Part shown: piece by piece, positions 1 to 10,606 of the stretch
Numbering within the stretch: the stretch's first letter is position 1
Layout of the letters: every line of letters starts with the position of its first letter
From: a virus
Taxonomy: Duplodnaviria; Caudoviricetes
IMG/VR virus record: IMGVR_UViG_3300047567_000025
Location: 148,264-212,263 of that record
DNA length: 64,000 nt
Strand: one strand, 5' to 3'
The notes under the pieces: model-generated
What the model was told of the DNA's origin: nothing
Databases searched by the model: none
Seen by the model: only the letters and a program-made list of their open reading frames with translations
Translations under genes and position numbers: made by a program

Positions 1-1056
1 GCTGATGGAATCACTATCAGGAGTTATACGATGAATTAACTCAGCATTGATATTCAATGTCTTCGCGTTATATAAACTATTTGGTGTACTAATATTATCG
101 TTAAGATGATTTGTTTTGCCATATTTAGCTGCTAATAATTCAATTGATGATTTAACAGAATCTGCTGTTGATTTGTTTGATTCTTTAACACCAACGATTT
201 CACCATCTTCTATATCAACATCATCAAGTGAATCAGAACTATCATCATCATCAGTATCACCATCATTTTCCGTTGAAAATGAATCTATACTATCACCTGC
301 TTCTTCATTGCTAGTAGCACTCATTTCCATAGGTTTTCCTATTTCATTAATAACCGATTTTAATTGAATTATATCATTATTATTTAATAATGATAAATCT
401 AATCGATAATCAGCATCTGGTGATCGGAATATAATTATAATTGGTAATGGCTTAATCATATCACGATTGTTAAGAATATATGCAGAAAGCAATGCATTGA
501 TAACATCTGTTTTGAATGTACTTCTTATTGGATTCTGATATATACCAAATCTCTTTGTATCTATAATAAGTACTTTCTGTTTAGAAAAGTTAAATATATT
601 CATTATCTTTGAAAATATATCAAATATATTAGACTGAATATACTCTATGCTAAATGATCTGATATGTTGTGTCATTGCTAATATTACTTCTGACATTGGT
701 ATATAAATATTATCAGTTATCGTTTTTGGATAAGGCGGCTTTATATTGGTTAATCTCGGAAGAATATTTTGAGCATTAAGATACATTAGTTTCTTATTAT
801 AATCATTTGAATTAACATTAAATCGAAATTGTTTTATTCCAATTTTCTCATTAATATTGCTTGGGATTATGATATCTTTATAATCACTTTTAGGGGCTGG
901 CATATGCTTTATTAATTCAATATCATATTCATAAGAATCTGATAATAAAAATATCGAGGCATCTTTTTTTTGAGCAGGAAGCTGAAGACGCATCTTATTT
1001 GCTGATAAATTATTACCAAATGTAAAACTTGTTGCTTCTTGAAAATAATGTTTCAT
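1..1056 (-). CDS. Partial (runs off window) probable virion-associated protein, MKHYFQEATSFTFGNN...
   Basis: Open minus frame from ATG at 1056 to the window edge; AAGGAGTG RBS upstream; N-terminal FQEA motif and an acidic tract. Not in the ORF track because it has no stop in the window. Confidence 0.75.
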   Translation of the reverse strand, partial: MKHYFQEATSFTFGNNLSANKMRLQLPAQKKDASIFLLSDSYEYDIELIKHMPAPKSDYKDIIIPSNINEKIGIKQFRFNVNSNDYNKKLMYLNAQNILPRLTNIKPPYPKTITDNIYIPMSEVILAMTQHIRSFSIEYIQSNIFDIFSKIMNIFNFSKQKVLIIDTKRFGIYQNPIRSTFKTDVINALLSAYILNNRDMIKPLPIIIIFRSPDADYRLDLSLLNNNDIIQLKSVINEIGKPMEMSATSNEEAGDSIDSFSTENDGDTDDDDSSDSLDDVDIEDGEIVGVKESNKSTADSVKSSIELLAAKYGKTNHLNDNISTPNSLYNAKTLNINAELIHRITPDSDSIS

Positions 1057-1146
1057 TAAATAAATCACTCCTTATATGAATTTCAGATTATTAATCTTTA
1101 AAATATCGTCACTTATGTATTAATATTATCGAGGAGGACATTCTAA

Positions 1147-1323
1147 ATGCAAAATGATGAATATTATACTTGCCGAACATGTGGTGCGAATCTGGATATC
1201 GGCGAAGAATGTGAAGATTGCCGAAAGATATATGATAATGTTTTCGTAGAAACACGATTGTCAGATTATGAAAATGATGATGGTGAAGGAGGTGATACAT
1301 TTGAAAACTACAATTACATATAG
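1147..1323 (+). CDS. Small zinc-finger protein (58 aa, MQNDEYYTCRTCGANLDIGEECEDC...)
   Basis: GAGGAGG RBS; CxxC...CxxC motif; shorter than the ORF-track cutoff. Confidence 0.7.
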   Translation: MQNDEYYTCRTCGANLDIGEECEDCRKIYDNVFVETRLSDYENDDGEGGDTFENYNYI

Positions 1324-1558
1324 CCCATTCGTATGCATTTCGGATGTAACTGGAAATATGGAGAAATTAAACACTGTCATATTTAATCCAATTCTTTCAA
1401 AAGAGCATAATAAAATCGTAATAAAAAAAGAATGCAATTTACGATATGATCTCATGTTGTCGGATGAGCAACTAGAGTCATTAGTAAATAATTCTGTTAA
1501 TGATTTTATCACAGAATTACACGGAATTATAGTTCGGCATAAAGCAAATAGATCATAA
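1301..1558 (+). CDS. Hypothetical protein
   Basis: Track ORF 1268..1558; likely TTG start at 1301 after GGAGGTG. Confidence 0.6.
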   Translation: MKTTITYSPFVCISDVTGNMEKLNTVIFNPILSKEHNKIVIKKECNLRYDLMLSDEQLESLVNNSVNDFITELHGIIVRHKANRS

Positions 1559-1568
1559 AATAAAAAAA

Positions 1569-1600
1569 TTATATACGGGGATTTATTCCCCCGTATATAA
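1569..1600. terminator. Bidirectional intrinsic terminator
   Basis: TTATATACGGGG / CCCCGTATATAA stem between convergent genes. Confidence 0.75.
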
Positions 1601-1613
1601 TAATATTTACTGT

Positions 1614-2249
1614 TTATGCCATTTCTTTAAATTCTGCAAATAATAAATGATCGGTCATATTAACTATTCTTGATATAGTATTGATCGATATCTTTATATC
1701 GCTGGTATCTTCGCTATTGTTATATTTTGCTACTAACTGTGCAATATTATTGACGATCGTTGGCTTTAATGTATTTACCATTTTATTACGTATCATCTGT
1801 GGTGTGATATTAAACTGATCGATGACATACTCAAATAAACCATTAAAGGATACTACTGGGCCGGTAAATACCCATTCTTTAATTGTATTTGACATATCAG
1901 ATTCCATTAAATAGATAACACAACAGATGGAGTGTTGATGATTTCTGATATCGGATAATATGCAGCCTAACTTCATCTGTGATAATGAGTTAGTTGCAGA
2001 ATTTAATAACTTGATTAGACGGTCATTTAATGATTCTGCATGTATAACTTTATCCGATACCGCTCTACATAGTGCCTGCATAAGTATGTCGTTGCCTGCC
2101 TTGTTGTCCATATTGAGAGTCGGCTTTGCATTAACAATGTCTTTTAGTTTACTAATAGATTCCATTGTCATCATATTTTTAGCTTCTTCCAATGATATAC
2201 TCATTGTATCACTTCCTTTCATATTAATAATATATTTTTCAAATCGCAA
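1614..2249 (-). CDS. Hypothetical protein (probable start MSISLEE at ~2205)
   Basis: 211-aa ORF; AAAGGAAG RBS and phage promoter motif upstream of the internal ATG. Confidence 0.7.
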   Translation of the reverse strand: MRFEKYIINMKGSDTMSISLEEAKNMMTMESISKLKDIVNAKPTLNMDNKAGNDILMQALCRAVSDKVIHAESLNDRLIKLLNSATNSLSQMKLGCILSDIRNHQHSICCVIYLMESDMSNTIKEWVFTGPVVSFNGLFEYVIDQFNITPQMIRNKMVNTLKPTIVNNIAQLVAKYNNSEDTSDIKISINTISRIVNMTDHLLFAEFKEMA

Positions 2250-2357
2250 AAAAATATTATTGCATTTTTTCTATGCTTAGAGGGAGCGTAAAAGAAGGAA
2301 TGGTTGGATTGATTATTCCTATTATTTTAACTTTTCAAATATATATTATTAATATGA
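2219..2357. promoter_or_regulatory. Divergent pair of phage promoter motifs TATATTATTAATATGA
   Basis: Exact 16-mer at 2219-2234 (-) and 2342-2357 (+); also at 14639 (+), 24353 (-) and 33520 (-), each oriented toward a gene start. Confidence 0.7.
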
Positions 2358-2440
2358 ATAAAAGAATAACAATCGATCAATAAATCAATATTTAAAAGCC
2401 ATCACAGAGGTGTATTAATCTGTGAAGAAAGAGGTATATT

Positions 2441-2689
2441 ATGATGAACGTTTTTAAAAGAATTGAGACACTTGAAAAGCTTACAGAAATCAACACAGCT
2501 TCGAACGCTATAACAGCGCTGATTGTAACTACAGGTGCTGCAGTTACGATTGTTTCATCAGTAGTAAAAGGCGGAATGGCTATTACAAAGGCTATAAAAA
2601 ATAAGAAACTTGCTAAGGAAAATAGCAAAGGTACAGAAAAAGACAATAGCAAAGGTACAGAAGAAAAGATCGATCAATCAAAAGAGTAA
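2441..2689 (+). CDS. Small membrane-associated hypothetical protein
   Basis: GAAAGAGG RBS; hydrophobic helix followed by a basic tail with a duplicated NSKGTE. Confidence 0.7.
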   Translation: MMNVFKRIETLEKLTEINTASNAITALIVTTGAAVTIVSSVVKGGMAITKAIKNKKLAKENSKGTEKDNSKGTEEKIDQSKE

Positions 2690-2762
2690 TGACATTACTA
2701 TCAATATATTAGATGATATAACATCTAATAATATATCAAATTAATTTTAGGAGGAAAATATA

Positions 2763-3098
2763 ATGATTAATGAAATTATGAATGTGGCCGGACTTGCCCT
2801 AAGTGCATCTGCTAGTTGTTTAAACTCAATTAGCTTAGGTAAAAATGCAAAAAAGATAGCAGAGCTTTCTGATAGAGTGACCTCTCTTGAAAAGAGAGAT
2901 CTTATCATGGAGGGTTGCTTCGTAGGCTTTGGTGCAGCAGCATTAACTGCTGACATAATCAATAAGCGTAAGCAGAATAAACTTAAAAAGAGGATAGATC
3001 TTCTCGAATCAACTGTAGAGGTACTTCAAGGAAGCTGTGTTAAGCAGTCTGACTTGAAGGCATCTACAGATGCAATTATATCAGCTATCAATAAATAA
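2763..3098 (+). CDS. Small membrane/coiled-coil hypothetical protein
   Basis: AGGAGG RBS; two hydrophobic segments, each followed by a coiled-coil-like stretch. Confidence 0.7.
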   Translation: MINEIMNVAGLALSASASCLNSISLGKNAKKIAELSDRVTSLEKRDLIMEGCFVGFGAAALTADIINKRKQNKLKKRIDLLESTVEVLQGSCVKQSDLKASTDAIISAINK

Positions 3099-3156
3099 AA
3101 AAATAAAAGTAGGAACGGGGGTAATAACCCCCGTCACCGAAATTATTTTTTTTTGA

Positions 3157-3936
3157 TTAAAGGTATTTTGCATATATTGATATCTTAGGATTCTGCTTAA
3201 ATAGAAAATCCATTTCAGCAATGCAATACTCTACAATTGCTTGATTGAGACCATCTTCGGTTAATATGGTATTGCCAGCAATTGCTGCTTCAGCAACAAT
3301 ATTACCGCACATCCTAAGAATTACTGATTCTTCAGTATTGTCGACCGTATTTGTATTAGCATCTGATTTGACAAGTTTACTATCAAGATCATCAAATACA
3401 GGTGCGTCATTACTTGTTAAGACAACACCAGCAACATCATTTATGACTTTTTTTGAAACTTGATCTTTTAGCTTTTCTCGGAGTTCATCATAGTTTTCAA
3501 CATTTTTTGTTAAAGTATCAATATTAATCTTGTCAGCATTCCCAATGTCTTTTGAATCTGATATTTCATCAGCAACATCATCTACAGTGTTATCAATCTC
3601 TTGCACAATATTTCCAATAATTGGTGATTTTAAACGATCTCGTGCACTTGTAAGATATCCATAACACGTACCGTTGTAATCATCATGTATATGTCGCATA
3701 ATTGATTCATCTATCATGTTATCAACATCTTTTGTTTCATCATGCATCATAGCACCAATCAAATCTTTCATGACATATAGACTCAATTTTTCTCTAAAAG
3801 AATCTTTGTCAAATGCTACTGGATTAAAAATGTGATTCTTTTTATCATCTGAATTATTATATTCTCCGGGTTTTGGATATGATGTATTCGTATCATTTAT
3901 AATGCTATCAATTAGATTTTTTACTTCGTTAGCCAT
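3157..3936 (-). CDS. Hypothetical protein, probable virion component
   Basis: 259-aa ORF with GAGGTG RBS, directly downstream of the 820-aa gene. Confidence 0.7.
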   Translation of the reverse strand: MANEVKNLIDSIINDTNTSYPKPGEYNNSDDKKNHIFNPVAFDKDSFREKLSLYVMKDLIGAMMHDETKDVDNMIDESIMRHIHDDYNGTCYGYLTSARDRLKSPIIGNIVQEIDNTVDDVADEISDSKDIGNADKINIDTLTKNVENYDELREKLKDQVSKKVINDVAGVVLTSNDAPVFDDLDSKLVKSDANTNTVDNTEESVILRMCGNIVAEAAIAGNTILTEDGLNQAIVEYCIAEMDFLFKQNPKISIYAKYL

Positions 3937-3951
3937 ATTATTTCACCTCAA

Positions 3952-6414
3952 TTATTTTTCGCCAATAGGATTTCCGTTAGCTGGATTGTAAGCTGGTCCG
4001 ACGCTAATTAATGCGTCTTCTTGTACATTGTTAGTTGCGCCACTAATTTTCTTTTGATCACCGACGATAATCTTATCAACAACAGCACACTGTTTTGCAA
4101 AACCAATTACTTCATTCTTAAATGCTTCATTCTGAACACCATTTGTCTTTATGAAATTTGCGAAAGATTTACACATTGTTCTGAGCTTAACAAGTTGATC
4201 CGATTCTGATATTTTAGAAACCTTTGGTTTCAGATACAGACAATTATCAGCAAGCTTCTTGAGCTTCTTAATAAGTTTTCTTGGATCAATAGAAGGATCA
4301 CTATTTAGCATTGTCAATAATTCAATGATAGATGTATGTGTGTCTACTCCGGATCTTGAAATTTTTACAGCAGCGACAATTCCACCGATGATCGGATTTA
4401 ATACACCGATTGTGATGTTACCGGCTAAATTAACCTCTTGGACTACAATATCAGTATCGTCGAAGCAATCGTCGAATGATTCTTGTACGTTTTTAGATGA
4501 TGAATCCATTTTCTTGCGTTCAACAAATTCTGAAACATTGGTACACTGTACAGTGAATATTTTAATCAATCTCTTAGTGACAGCCACATCATTATCAGTT
4601 ACTTGTACTTTAAGAGTCATCATTAAATCTGTTAAAATCTTATTGAGCTTCATGATACTATTAAGCTCTTCATCAGAATACACATCTTTCATTTTATAAG
4701 CTTTTGAAAGCACTCTGTTAAGTCGCTTTCCTTCATGCTTAAATGTTTTGACGATTTCTGTAAATGACATATCACTTGCATTTAGTATGCCAAGAGCTTT
4801 TCTGATATGTGTATCAACTTCGGAGTTAATGTTCTTTTTTGTAAGAATGAATGCTTCCTGAATAGCATCAGCATTATTGTCATTTAAAAATGATTTAAGC
4901 TGTTTAATTGTCATTCCCTTGAGTTTTTCAGAGCCATTCTCAATAAGTTGATCAACTGTCATATTGTCAAAATCTGTAGTAGAATCATCATCGTCATCGT
5001 CAGATTTTTTAATTGATGTATCGAGATCATCCAGTTTATCATCAATAGAACTATCATCATCGTTGATGTCCGAAGTATCTACATCCTGATCAGTTGACTC
5101 ATCTTTGCTTGACGCAGTATTCATATCATCTGTATCATCTGTATCTTTATTGTCGTCAGCATCTGTATTGTTTTTATTATCATCTGTATCAGCTGTGCCT
5201 TTATTATCATTATCATCTGTAGTGTCTTTATTATCATCTGTATCAGATGTATCTTTATTGTTGTCAGAATCTGATGCAACTTTATCAGCGATTTTATCAG
5301 AGACATCATTACTATCAACTGGTGTAGTATTGACATCAGTATCAGTATTATCAGTATTCACATCAGTATTACTATCAGTTTCCTTGTCATTATCAGTAGC
5401 ACCATCTTGCTCTGCAGAATCATTGAAATCAATAGCCTCTTGTACAAATCGGTTAGGCACATGCTTCTTGATTTTAAAACTTTCTCGGATAATATCTCTT
5501 TTACTAATAAAATTGTCAGCAGGTTCATTGTCAATTTTTAACGCATTTTGTGTACTACTACCTTCCATTGATTTAATCGGTACAGCCCATGCTAAATAAA
5601 GCTTATCGCTATTATTTTCTATTTCAAATTCAATTACGACCTTATATTGGTCAATAGGATCTACTGGAACAAATAAGTTAGTCGGAGTTGCGATATCCCA
5701 TACATTTGTTCCATCTGGAACATTATTATTCTCACGAATCATTGACAGCAAGACGTCACCAGATTCCAACATTGCATCTGCGTTAGCAATAAAGCAATTA
5801 AGAGAGGCTAGCTGCTTTTTTAAGACTTTTTTATTGTTATCAGTTTTAAAAAGCACCGGAAGCTTTACAAAATAATGCTGATCAGAATCTCTTTTTATCG
5901 GACCAAAATCTATTGTTGCTACAGAAGGAACTGCATTATCATTAATATCAATTTTATCAAATCCAAATAAACCTTCCTGGATGATATAATTGCTATACTC
6001 GTTGAATCTTTTAGAAGCATATTCGTTGCATCTATTTTTAAATCTATTTTCAGATTCACGTGGTAATTGCGAAAATTTGGAAACTGCTTCCTGATAGAAA
6101 TCATCAAATGTTTTAATTTTCTTATAAAGTGACTCCTGTATAGCGGCATCTGCAGGAACATCGACAACTCGTCCATCTGCTAAGTTCATTTCGATAGATT
6201 CAATCTCAATGTCATCTTCGAGTGGAATATCAACATCCATCTTTCTGATTTTACCAGAATCGGTTCCCTCAACAGATATATCATCCAGCTCTTGAAATAA
6301 GTGTGCATATTCGTTGATGAGTTTATTTTCATCAGCGTCATTCGTAGCATGTTTCATTGAACGACCACTTGCTTCTTCACGAGCAAGAATTTGTTTTTTA
6401 ATATAATCGATCAT
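3952..6414 (-). CDS. Probable internal head/virion protein with acidic DTDDNK repeats
   Basis: 820 aa; about eight [VIY]QE motifs; D/N/T-rich tandem repeats. Confidence 0.65.
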   Translation of the reverse strand: MIDYIKKQILAREEASGRSMKHATNDADENKLINEYAHLFQELDDISVEGTDSGKIRKMDVDIPLEDDIEIESIEMNLADGRVVDVPADAAIQESLYKKIKTFDDFYQEAVSKFSQLPRESENRFKNRCNEYASKRFNEYSNYIIQEGLFGFDKIDINDNAVPSVATIDFGPIKRDSDQHYFVKLPVLFKTDNNKKVLKKQLASLNCFIANADAMLESGDVLLSMIRENNNVPDGTNVWDIATPTNLFVPVDPIDQYKVVIEFEIENNSDKLYLAWAVPIKSMEGSSTQNALKIDNEPADNFISKRDIIRESFKIKKHVPNRFVQEAIDFNDSAEQDGATDNDKETDSNTDVNTDNTDTDVNTTPVDSNDVSDKIADKVASDSDNNKDTSDTDDNKDTTDDNDNKGTADTDDNKNNTDADDNKDTDDTDDMNTASSKDESTDQDVDTSDINDDDSSIDDKLDDLDTSIKKSDDDDDDSTTDFDNMTVDQLIENGSEKLKGMTIKQLKSFLNDNNADAIQEAFILTKKNINSEVDTHIRKALGILNASDMSFTEIVKTFKHEGKRLNRVLSKAYKMKDVYSDEELNSIMKLNKILTDLMMTLKVQVTDNDVAVTKRLIKIFTVQCTNVSEFVERKKMDSSSKNVQESFDDCFDDTDIVVQEVNLAGNITIGVLNPIIGGIVAAVKISRSGVDTHTSIIELLTMLNSDPSIDPRKLIKKLKKLADNCLYLKPKVSKISESDQLVKLRTMCKSFANFIKTNGVQNEAFKNEVIGFAKQCAVVDKIIVGDQKKISGATNNVQEDALISVGPAYNPANGNPIGEK

Positions 6415-6502
6415 TATTAAAACTCCTTTTCAAATATTTTAAAATGATATAGATATATCATTTTAATGTATGGGGAAATATGTTGTATGATATAATAATT
6501 AA

Positions 6503-6649
6503 TCAAAGAATAAATCCAAAGGTTTCCAAGATAATCTCGGTTACCATATCGGGTGTCATCTCTGATATTCCTATATCATCAAGTCCCATTCCAGAGGTTA
6601 ATTCAACTCCGTTTATAGACGGTTTGTTTTCGAGAGCTTCATAATCCAT
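6503..6649 (-). CDS. Small protein, 48 aa (MDYEALENKPSINGVELTSG...)
   Basis: GGAGGTG RBS; open frame from ATG 6649 to TGA 6503; NKPSINGV-type motif recalled from phage tail-associated proteins. Confidence 0.6.
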   Translation of the reverse strand: MDYEALENKPSINGVELTSGMGLDDIGISEMTPDMVTEIILETFGFIL

Positions 6650-8624
6650 GGATGGCTCACCTCCAAATTTAAACGTGAAAGGTTGTGTTTATGTGAGTAA
6701 TATTGTTGACAGATATCAGCAAACAGTATATGATATGTATATGCAAACTCACCCGAATGTAAATCCAAGCAAGGTTCGTCAATTAATAAATCAATTGACA
6801 GAATCTAAATTACGGGATATTCCGTGTACACTGCATAATAGTACCACTCGAGAGAAAATCGAGACGTCAATTATTAACACTTTTGACTGGATAGAAACCA
6901 GACAACCAATAATATCTGGTAATGGTACTTTCTTTAAGCAGCATGTAGAGTACCTTGCTCCGACTACAAAAATGCTAGAGCATGACAAGAATACTCGTAG
7001 TAAAAAGAAAAATGAGATGTACCAATTGAAAAAAGGCACTGTCGGATATAATAATAAAAACCTCGGGCAAGTTTCAATAAAAGTTATTATGAATGCCGAC
7101 TATGGTGGATCTGGAACACAGTTATCACCATTTTATTCATGCTATATTCCGCCGGCAACAACTGGTAGTGCTAAGAATATCACTACAACCTTAATTTGCT
7201 GTTTGGAGTTTATATCAGGTAATACAGACCCATGGGCAAAGATAAACAATATAAACGAATTATTTGATATGATATTTTCAGTGCTCAATGACAATGATGA
7301 TACCAGAGACCTAATTATTGACAGCTATACTGTTGATCAAGTTGAGCAATGGCTTTTTGATAAAACAAATAATCTGTCTTTGTCAGACAAAAAAATTATA
7401 CGAAAATTCTTAATGACACTATCAGATTCAGATCTGACAAAGTTGATGCTCTCATTCAATACACGCTTAGTACTTACTAAATATTTATATAGTAATGTGG
7501 AAACATGTATGAGTTATCTTAAAGCACATCAGATTGACATTAATAACATCACAGAAGAGTCGCTCTATGTAGCTGGATATGGCGTCAAACCACCAGAAGA
7601 AATAGCAGATCAATTGGCTTATATAAGCAAGACGATTAATGATAATTGTGTTTATCCATTCATCTTGAACGACTCGGAAATAAGAGCAAATGAGATGAAA
7701 CGAATAATTGTTTGTGTAACAGATACGGATTCACTCATGCTGCACTTTTCATCATATTTGGATGATTTCCAAGCACGTGTCAGTAACTTTCGTGATAGTT
7801 GCATTATAGCTTCCGCATTGGGATTTCGGTTATTTATTGAAAATATAATACCAAAAATGGTAAAATATATAGCATCATTCTGCAATATTAAGGATGAATA
7901 TTATAGAAAGAAATTTGTATTTAAGAATGAATATGCTTTTCTAGCGATGGCATTATTTGCAAAAAAGATGTATGCAGCAGCGATGTTCGTCCAAGAAGGA
8001 AAACCGAGAGATCCACATGATGTATCAATAACAGGACTGTCATTCAAAAAGCGTGATTCTGCAGAATTTCTAGAACCGATTATGACCAGATTGTATGATG
8101 AACTTATATTGACAACATCTGATATACAAGTCGGCAAATTGCTAGATGAATTTTATGCATTGCGCAAAAAGTTGCAAAATGAGATAGACAAAGACCCATC
8201 ATATTTTAAAATGTTATCTATCAAGGATATCGGTGCATATGATCCAACCAAAGTTTTACCAGAGCAAATGCGTGGTGCAATTGTATGGAATGCTATGATG
8301 CATGATGAAGAAATGCTACCAATGGATCGAGTAATAGTTATACCATTATCATTTACATTGCTACGTGAATATTCAGCAACTAATTCAAGAGTTGCTGAAA
8401 TACTAAGGCTGTCATTAATTGATAATGAAAAAGAAAAACACAATCCTGTTATATGTTTACCAGAATATTACCATGATATACCTGATTGGATAGCATGTGT
8501 TATTGATAAAGAATATACTATTGACAAACTGCTGACACCATTCAAGCAGATTCTTGGATTATTTGATGTAAATATGTGTGATACAAGAGGCGGAATGATT
8601 CCTAGTAGAATGATTTTTATATAA
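6648..8624 (+). CDS. polB: Family B DNA polymerase, palm-containing subunit of a jumbo-phage split PolB (likely GTG start at ~6693)
   Basis: KVIMNADYG (KxxxNxxYG), VTDTDS and KKMY motifs; no recognisable exonuclease motifs. Confidence 0.85.
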   Translation: MDGSPPNLNVKGCVYVSNIVDRYQQTVYDMYMQTHPNVNPSKVRQLINQLTESKLRDIPCTLHNSTTREKIETSIINTFDWIETRQPIISGNGTFFKQHVEYLAPTTKMLEHDKNTRSKKKNEMYQLKKGTVGYNNKNLGQVSIKVIMNADYGGSGTQLSPFYSCYIPPATTGSAKNITTTLICCLEFISGNTDPWAKINNINELFDMIFSVLNDNDDTRDLIIDSYTVDQVEQWLFDKTNNLSLSDKKIIRKFLMTLSDSDLTKLMLSFNTRLVLTKYLYSNVETCMSYLKAHQIDINNITEESLYVAGYGVKPPEEIADQLAYISKTINDNCVYPFILNDSEIRANEMKRIIVCVTDTDSLMLHFSSYLDDFQARVSNFRDSCIIASALGFRLFIENIIPKMVKYIASFCNIKDEYYRKKFVFKNEYAFLAMALFAKKMYAAAMFVQEGKPRDPHDVSITGLSFKKRDSAEFLEPIMTRLYDELILTTSDIQVGKLLDEFYALRKKLQNEIDKDPSYFKMLSIKDIGAYDPTKVLPEQMRGAIVWNAMMHDEEMLPMDRVIVIPLSFTLLREYSATNSRVAEILRLSLIDNEKEKHNPVICLPEYYHDIPDWIACVIDKEYTIDKLLTPFKQILGLFDVNMCDTRGGMIPSRMIFI

Positions 8625-8745
8625 TTATATAATTAATATGATGGAGGTATTATATTGCATGCTATCTGAAAATATAATAGATATTCGATTTACAAAATGA
8701 AGATGAAGAAGCAACATCCGAAGTAGAGAAAGGAGGTGATATTAT

Positions 8746-9288
8746 ATGTGGTCAGAATTATTTATTTGGCTGGAAAGATATTCTGGAGTATCATATGATT
8801 TCAGTGAAGATATTGCAAGCATTAAAGGCGATATAGCTTTCATAGACACATATGAATGGTTTAACGTAATAAGCAATTTGTTTGATAATCTTTCTGAAGC
8901 GATTGATGTTGTTGACGAGTTTGGTGATAATCTTACAGATGAATTACCAAATAAAAAGAAAGTCAAAAATATGTTAACATCATATGTTATTAGTAATCTT
9001 CTCGATAATGTAAATGATATTAAGCGAAAATTAAATATTGATATTGTTGACATATCAAATTCTGATACATTGATACAGCACATAAATATTATTATGGAAC
9101 TAATTCAAATGTTATCAGAAAATGAAATGGATGACATATTCAAGCAGCAATTATTTGAAAAACATGAAGAAGAAAATGGTAATACTTTTACCGAGATACT
9201 TAATATTCAAAAGGATGATATCACAAATATGTATTTCACGGTATCATCAATACAGCAGGATTATTTTGATTCTCTTGATGAGAATTAA
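8746..9288 (+). CDS. Hypothetical acidic protein
   Basis: 180-aa ORF with AGGAGGTG RBS. Confidence 0.7.
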   Translation: MWSELFIWLERYSGVSYDFSEDIASIKGDIAFIDTYEWFNVISNLFDNLSEAIDVVDEFGDNLTDELPNKKKVKNMLTSYVISNLLDNVNDIKRKLNIDIVDISNSDTLIQHINIIMELIQMLSENEMDDIFKQQLFEKHEEENGNTFTEILNIQKDDITNMYFTVSSIQQDYFDSLDEN

Positions 9289-9361
9289 TATAATAATAAT
9301 GTTATTATTAATAATAACATTATTGTATTCTATTTATTTAATATGAAAGGGGCAGTTTATT

Positions 9362-9961
9362 ATGGCTTTTCAGCAGAATTCTAATGTTAATGGTTTTGGC
9401 AATAATAACACTAATAACACTAATAATCAGGGAGGAGAAAAGAAGAAAAGTAATTTCCGTGTTGGAAGAATATATGGAACTGATGGTACAATTGATGTGT
9501 CAATATGGAACTCTGATAAGGGAGGAGTATATACTATTCTTTCTATCAAGTCAGCTGTCGGCAAAGACCCTTCTACTGGTGCAAATGTTTATGAACAGAA
9601 AATGTCAGGTGAACTACCATCAATATTTATGAATCTTGAACTGATAAGGGCATTTCTCGACGGAGTTAAGGGTCATGATGTAGCTACACTTAATTTCACA
9701 ATTGATACAAAACATGGTTCGAAATTGACAATGCAGGGCTCGGCTGATGCTGTTAAGATTACAATTGAAAATCAGAAGACGGGTACACGAACAATTACAC
9801 TTGATGCTGTTCCAATTGGTAATGTTAATGTACACGCAAATGTTCTCAATCTAATCAGTATGATTGAAATTTGCTTCAAGAAAGCATTAAGCAATAAACT
9901 CGATCCGGAAGAATTTGCAATGGCTGTAAACACAGACGACACTGAAGTGCCGTTTAATTAA
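9362..9961 (+). CDS. Putative single-stranded DNA-binding protein
   Basis: Beta-rich body, acidic-aromatic C-terminus DDTEVPFN, located in a replication cluster. Confidence 0.5.
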   Translation: MAFQQNSNVNGFGNNNTNNTNNQGGEKKKSNFRVGRIYGTDGTIDVSIWNSDKGGVYTILSIKSAVGKDPSTGANVYEQKMSGELPSIFMNLELIRAFLDGVKGHDVATLNFTIDTKHGSKLTMQGSADAVKITIENQKTGTRTITLDAVPIGNVNVHANVLNLISMIEICFKKALSNKLDPEEFAMAVNTDDTEVPFN

Positions 9962-10581
9962 TGATTGATTTTAGTTTTATAGGCAAAGAAGGATTAATCA
10001 TTCAATATGAAGATATAATATCTCTAATGGGCTTTAATGTTGCATGTTATCTTCGTGAACAAAAAGCATTTGAGAAAATCAACAAGATGTCGACAGCGGA
10101 CATCTTGTTGAGTTATATCAACAGATCAACTGAAGATATTTCTTCTTGGCTAAAAAAAGAGTTTGATATTGATTTTGATATCAAAAATTATATTGATTCA
10201 TTCGCTATGCTAAGGCCGAATCTATTATATTCTTATAAGATTTTCAGTTCAGCATACAAAAATGGAATCAAAAAGCTGGGAATACATTCGAATTATTATT
10301 CAAAAGCAATAGAGCAGGCTATACAAACATATCAAATTCCAATCGAATATACATACGGGGATATCATCCCCGTACTGAATAATCGACCTAATATTACGTA
10401 CACAACAGCTTCTACAGCAAATATCATAAAATGTTCTGATATAGAAGTGCCTATTGCAATAACCATTGTTGACGATTTTATGTACACAGCTGATGTATTA
10501 ATAAATAAAATAGACGATAAGTTACGAAATAATGGAAAATTTGTTTGTTTTACTAGCGTTCTAAGTGCTGGTATGATATGA
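9961..10581 (+). CDS. Hypothetical protein
   Basis: 206-aa ORF translationally coupled to the upstream gene (TAATG overlap). Confidence 0.7.
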   Translation: MIDFSFIGKEGLIIQYEDIISLMGFNVACYLREQKAFEKINKMSTADILLSYINRSTEDISSWLKKEFDIDFDIKNYIDSFAMLRPNLLYSYKIFSSAYKNGIKKLGIHSNYYSKAIEQAIQTYQIPIEYTYGDIIPVLNNRPNITYTTASTANIIKCSDIEVPIAITIVDDFMYTADVLINKIDDKLRNNGKFVCFTSVLSAGMI

Positions 10582-10606
10582 CAAATACAGAGACTGGAGG
10601 AGTTAT

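Noticed and set aside
5105-5599. Ser/Leu-rich plus-strand ORFs (also 116..367 and 25773..25955)
   Set aside because: These are antisense shadows of Asp-rich tracts in real minus-strand genes.
10352-10376. Terminator-like hairpin inside a CDS (also a palindrome at 60061-60082)
   Set aside because: No U-tract and fully compatible with coding; may be chance.
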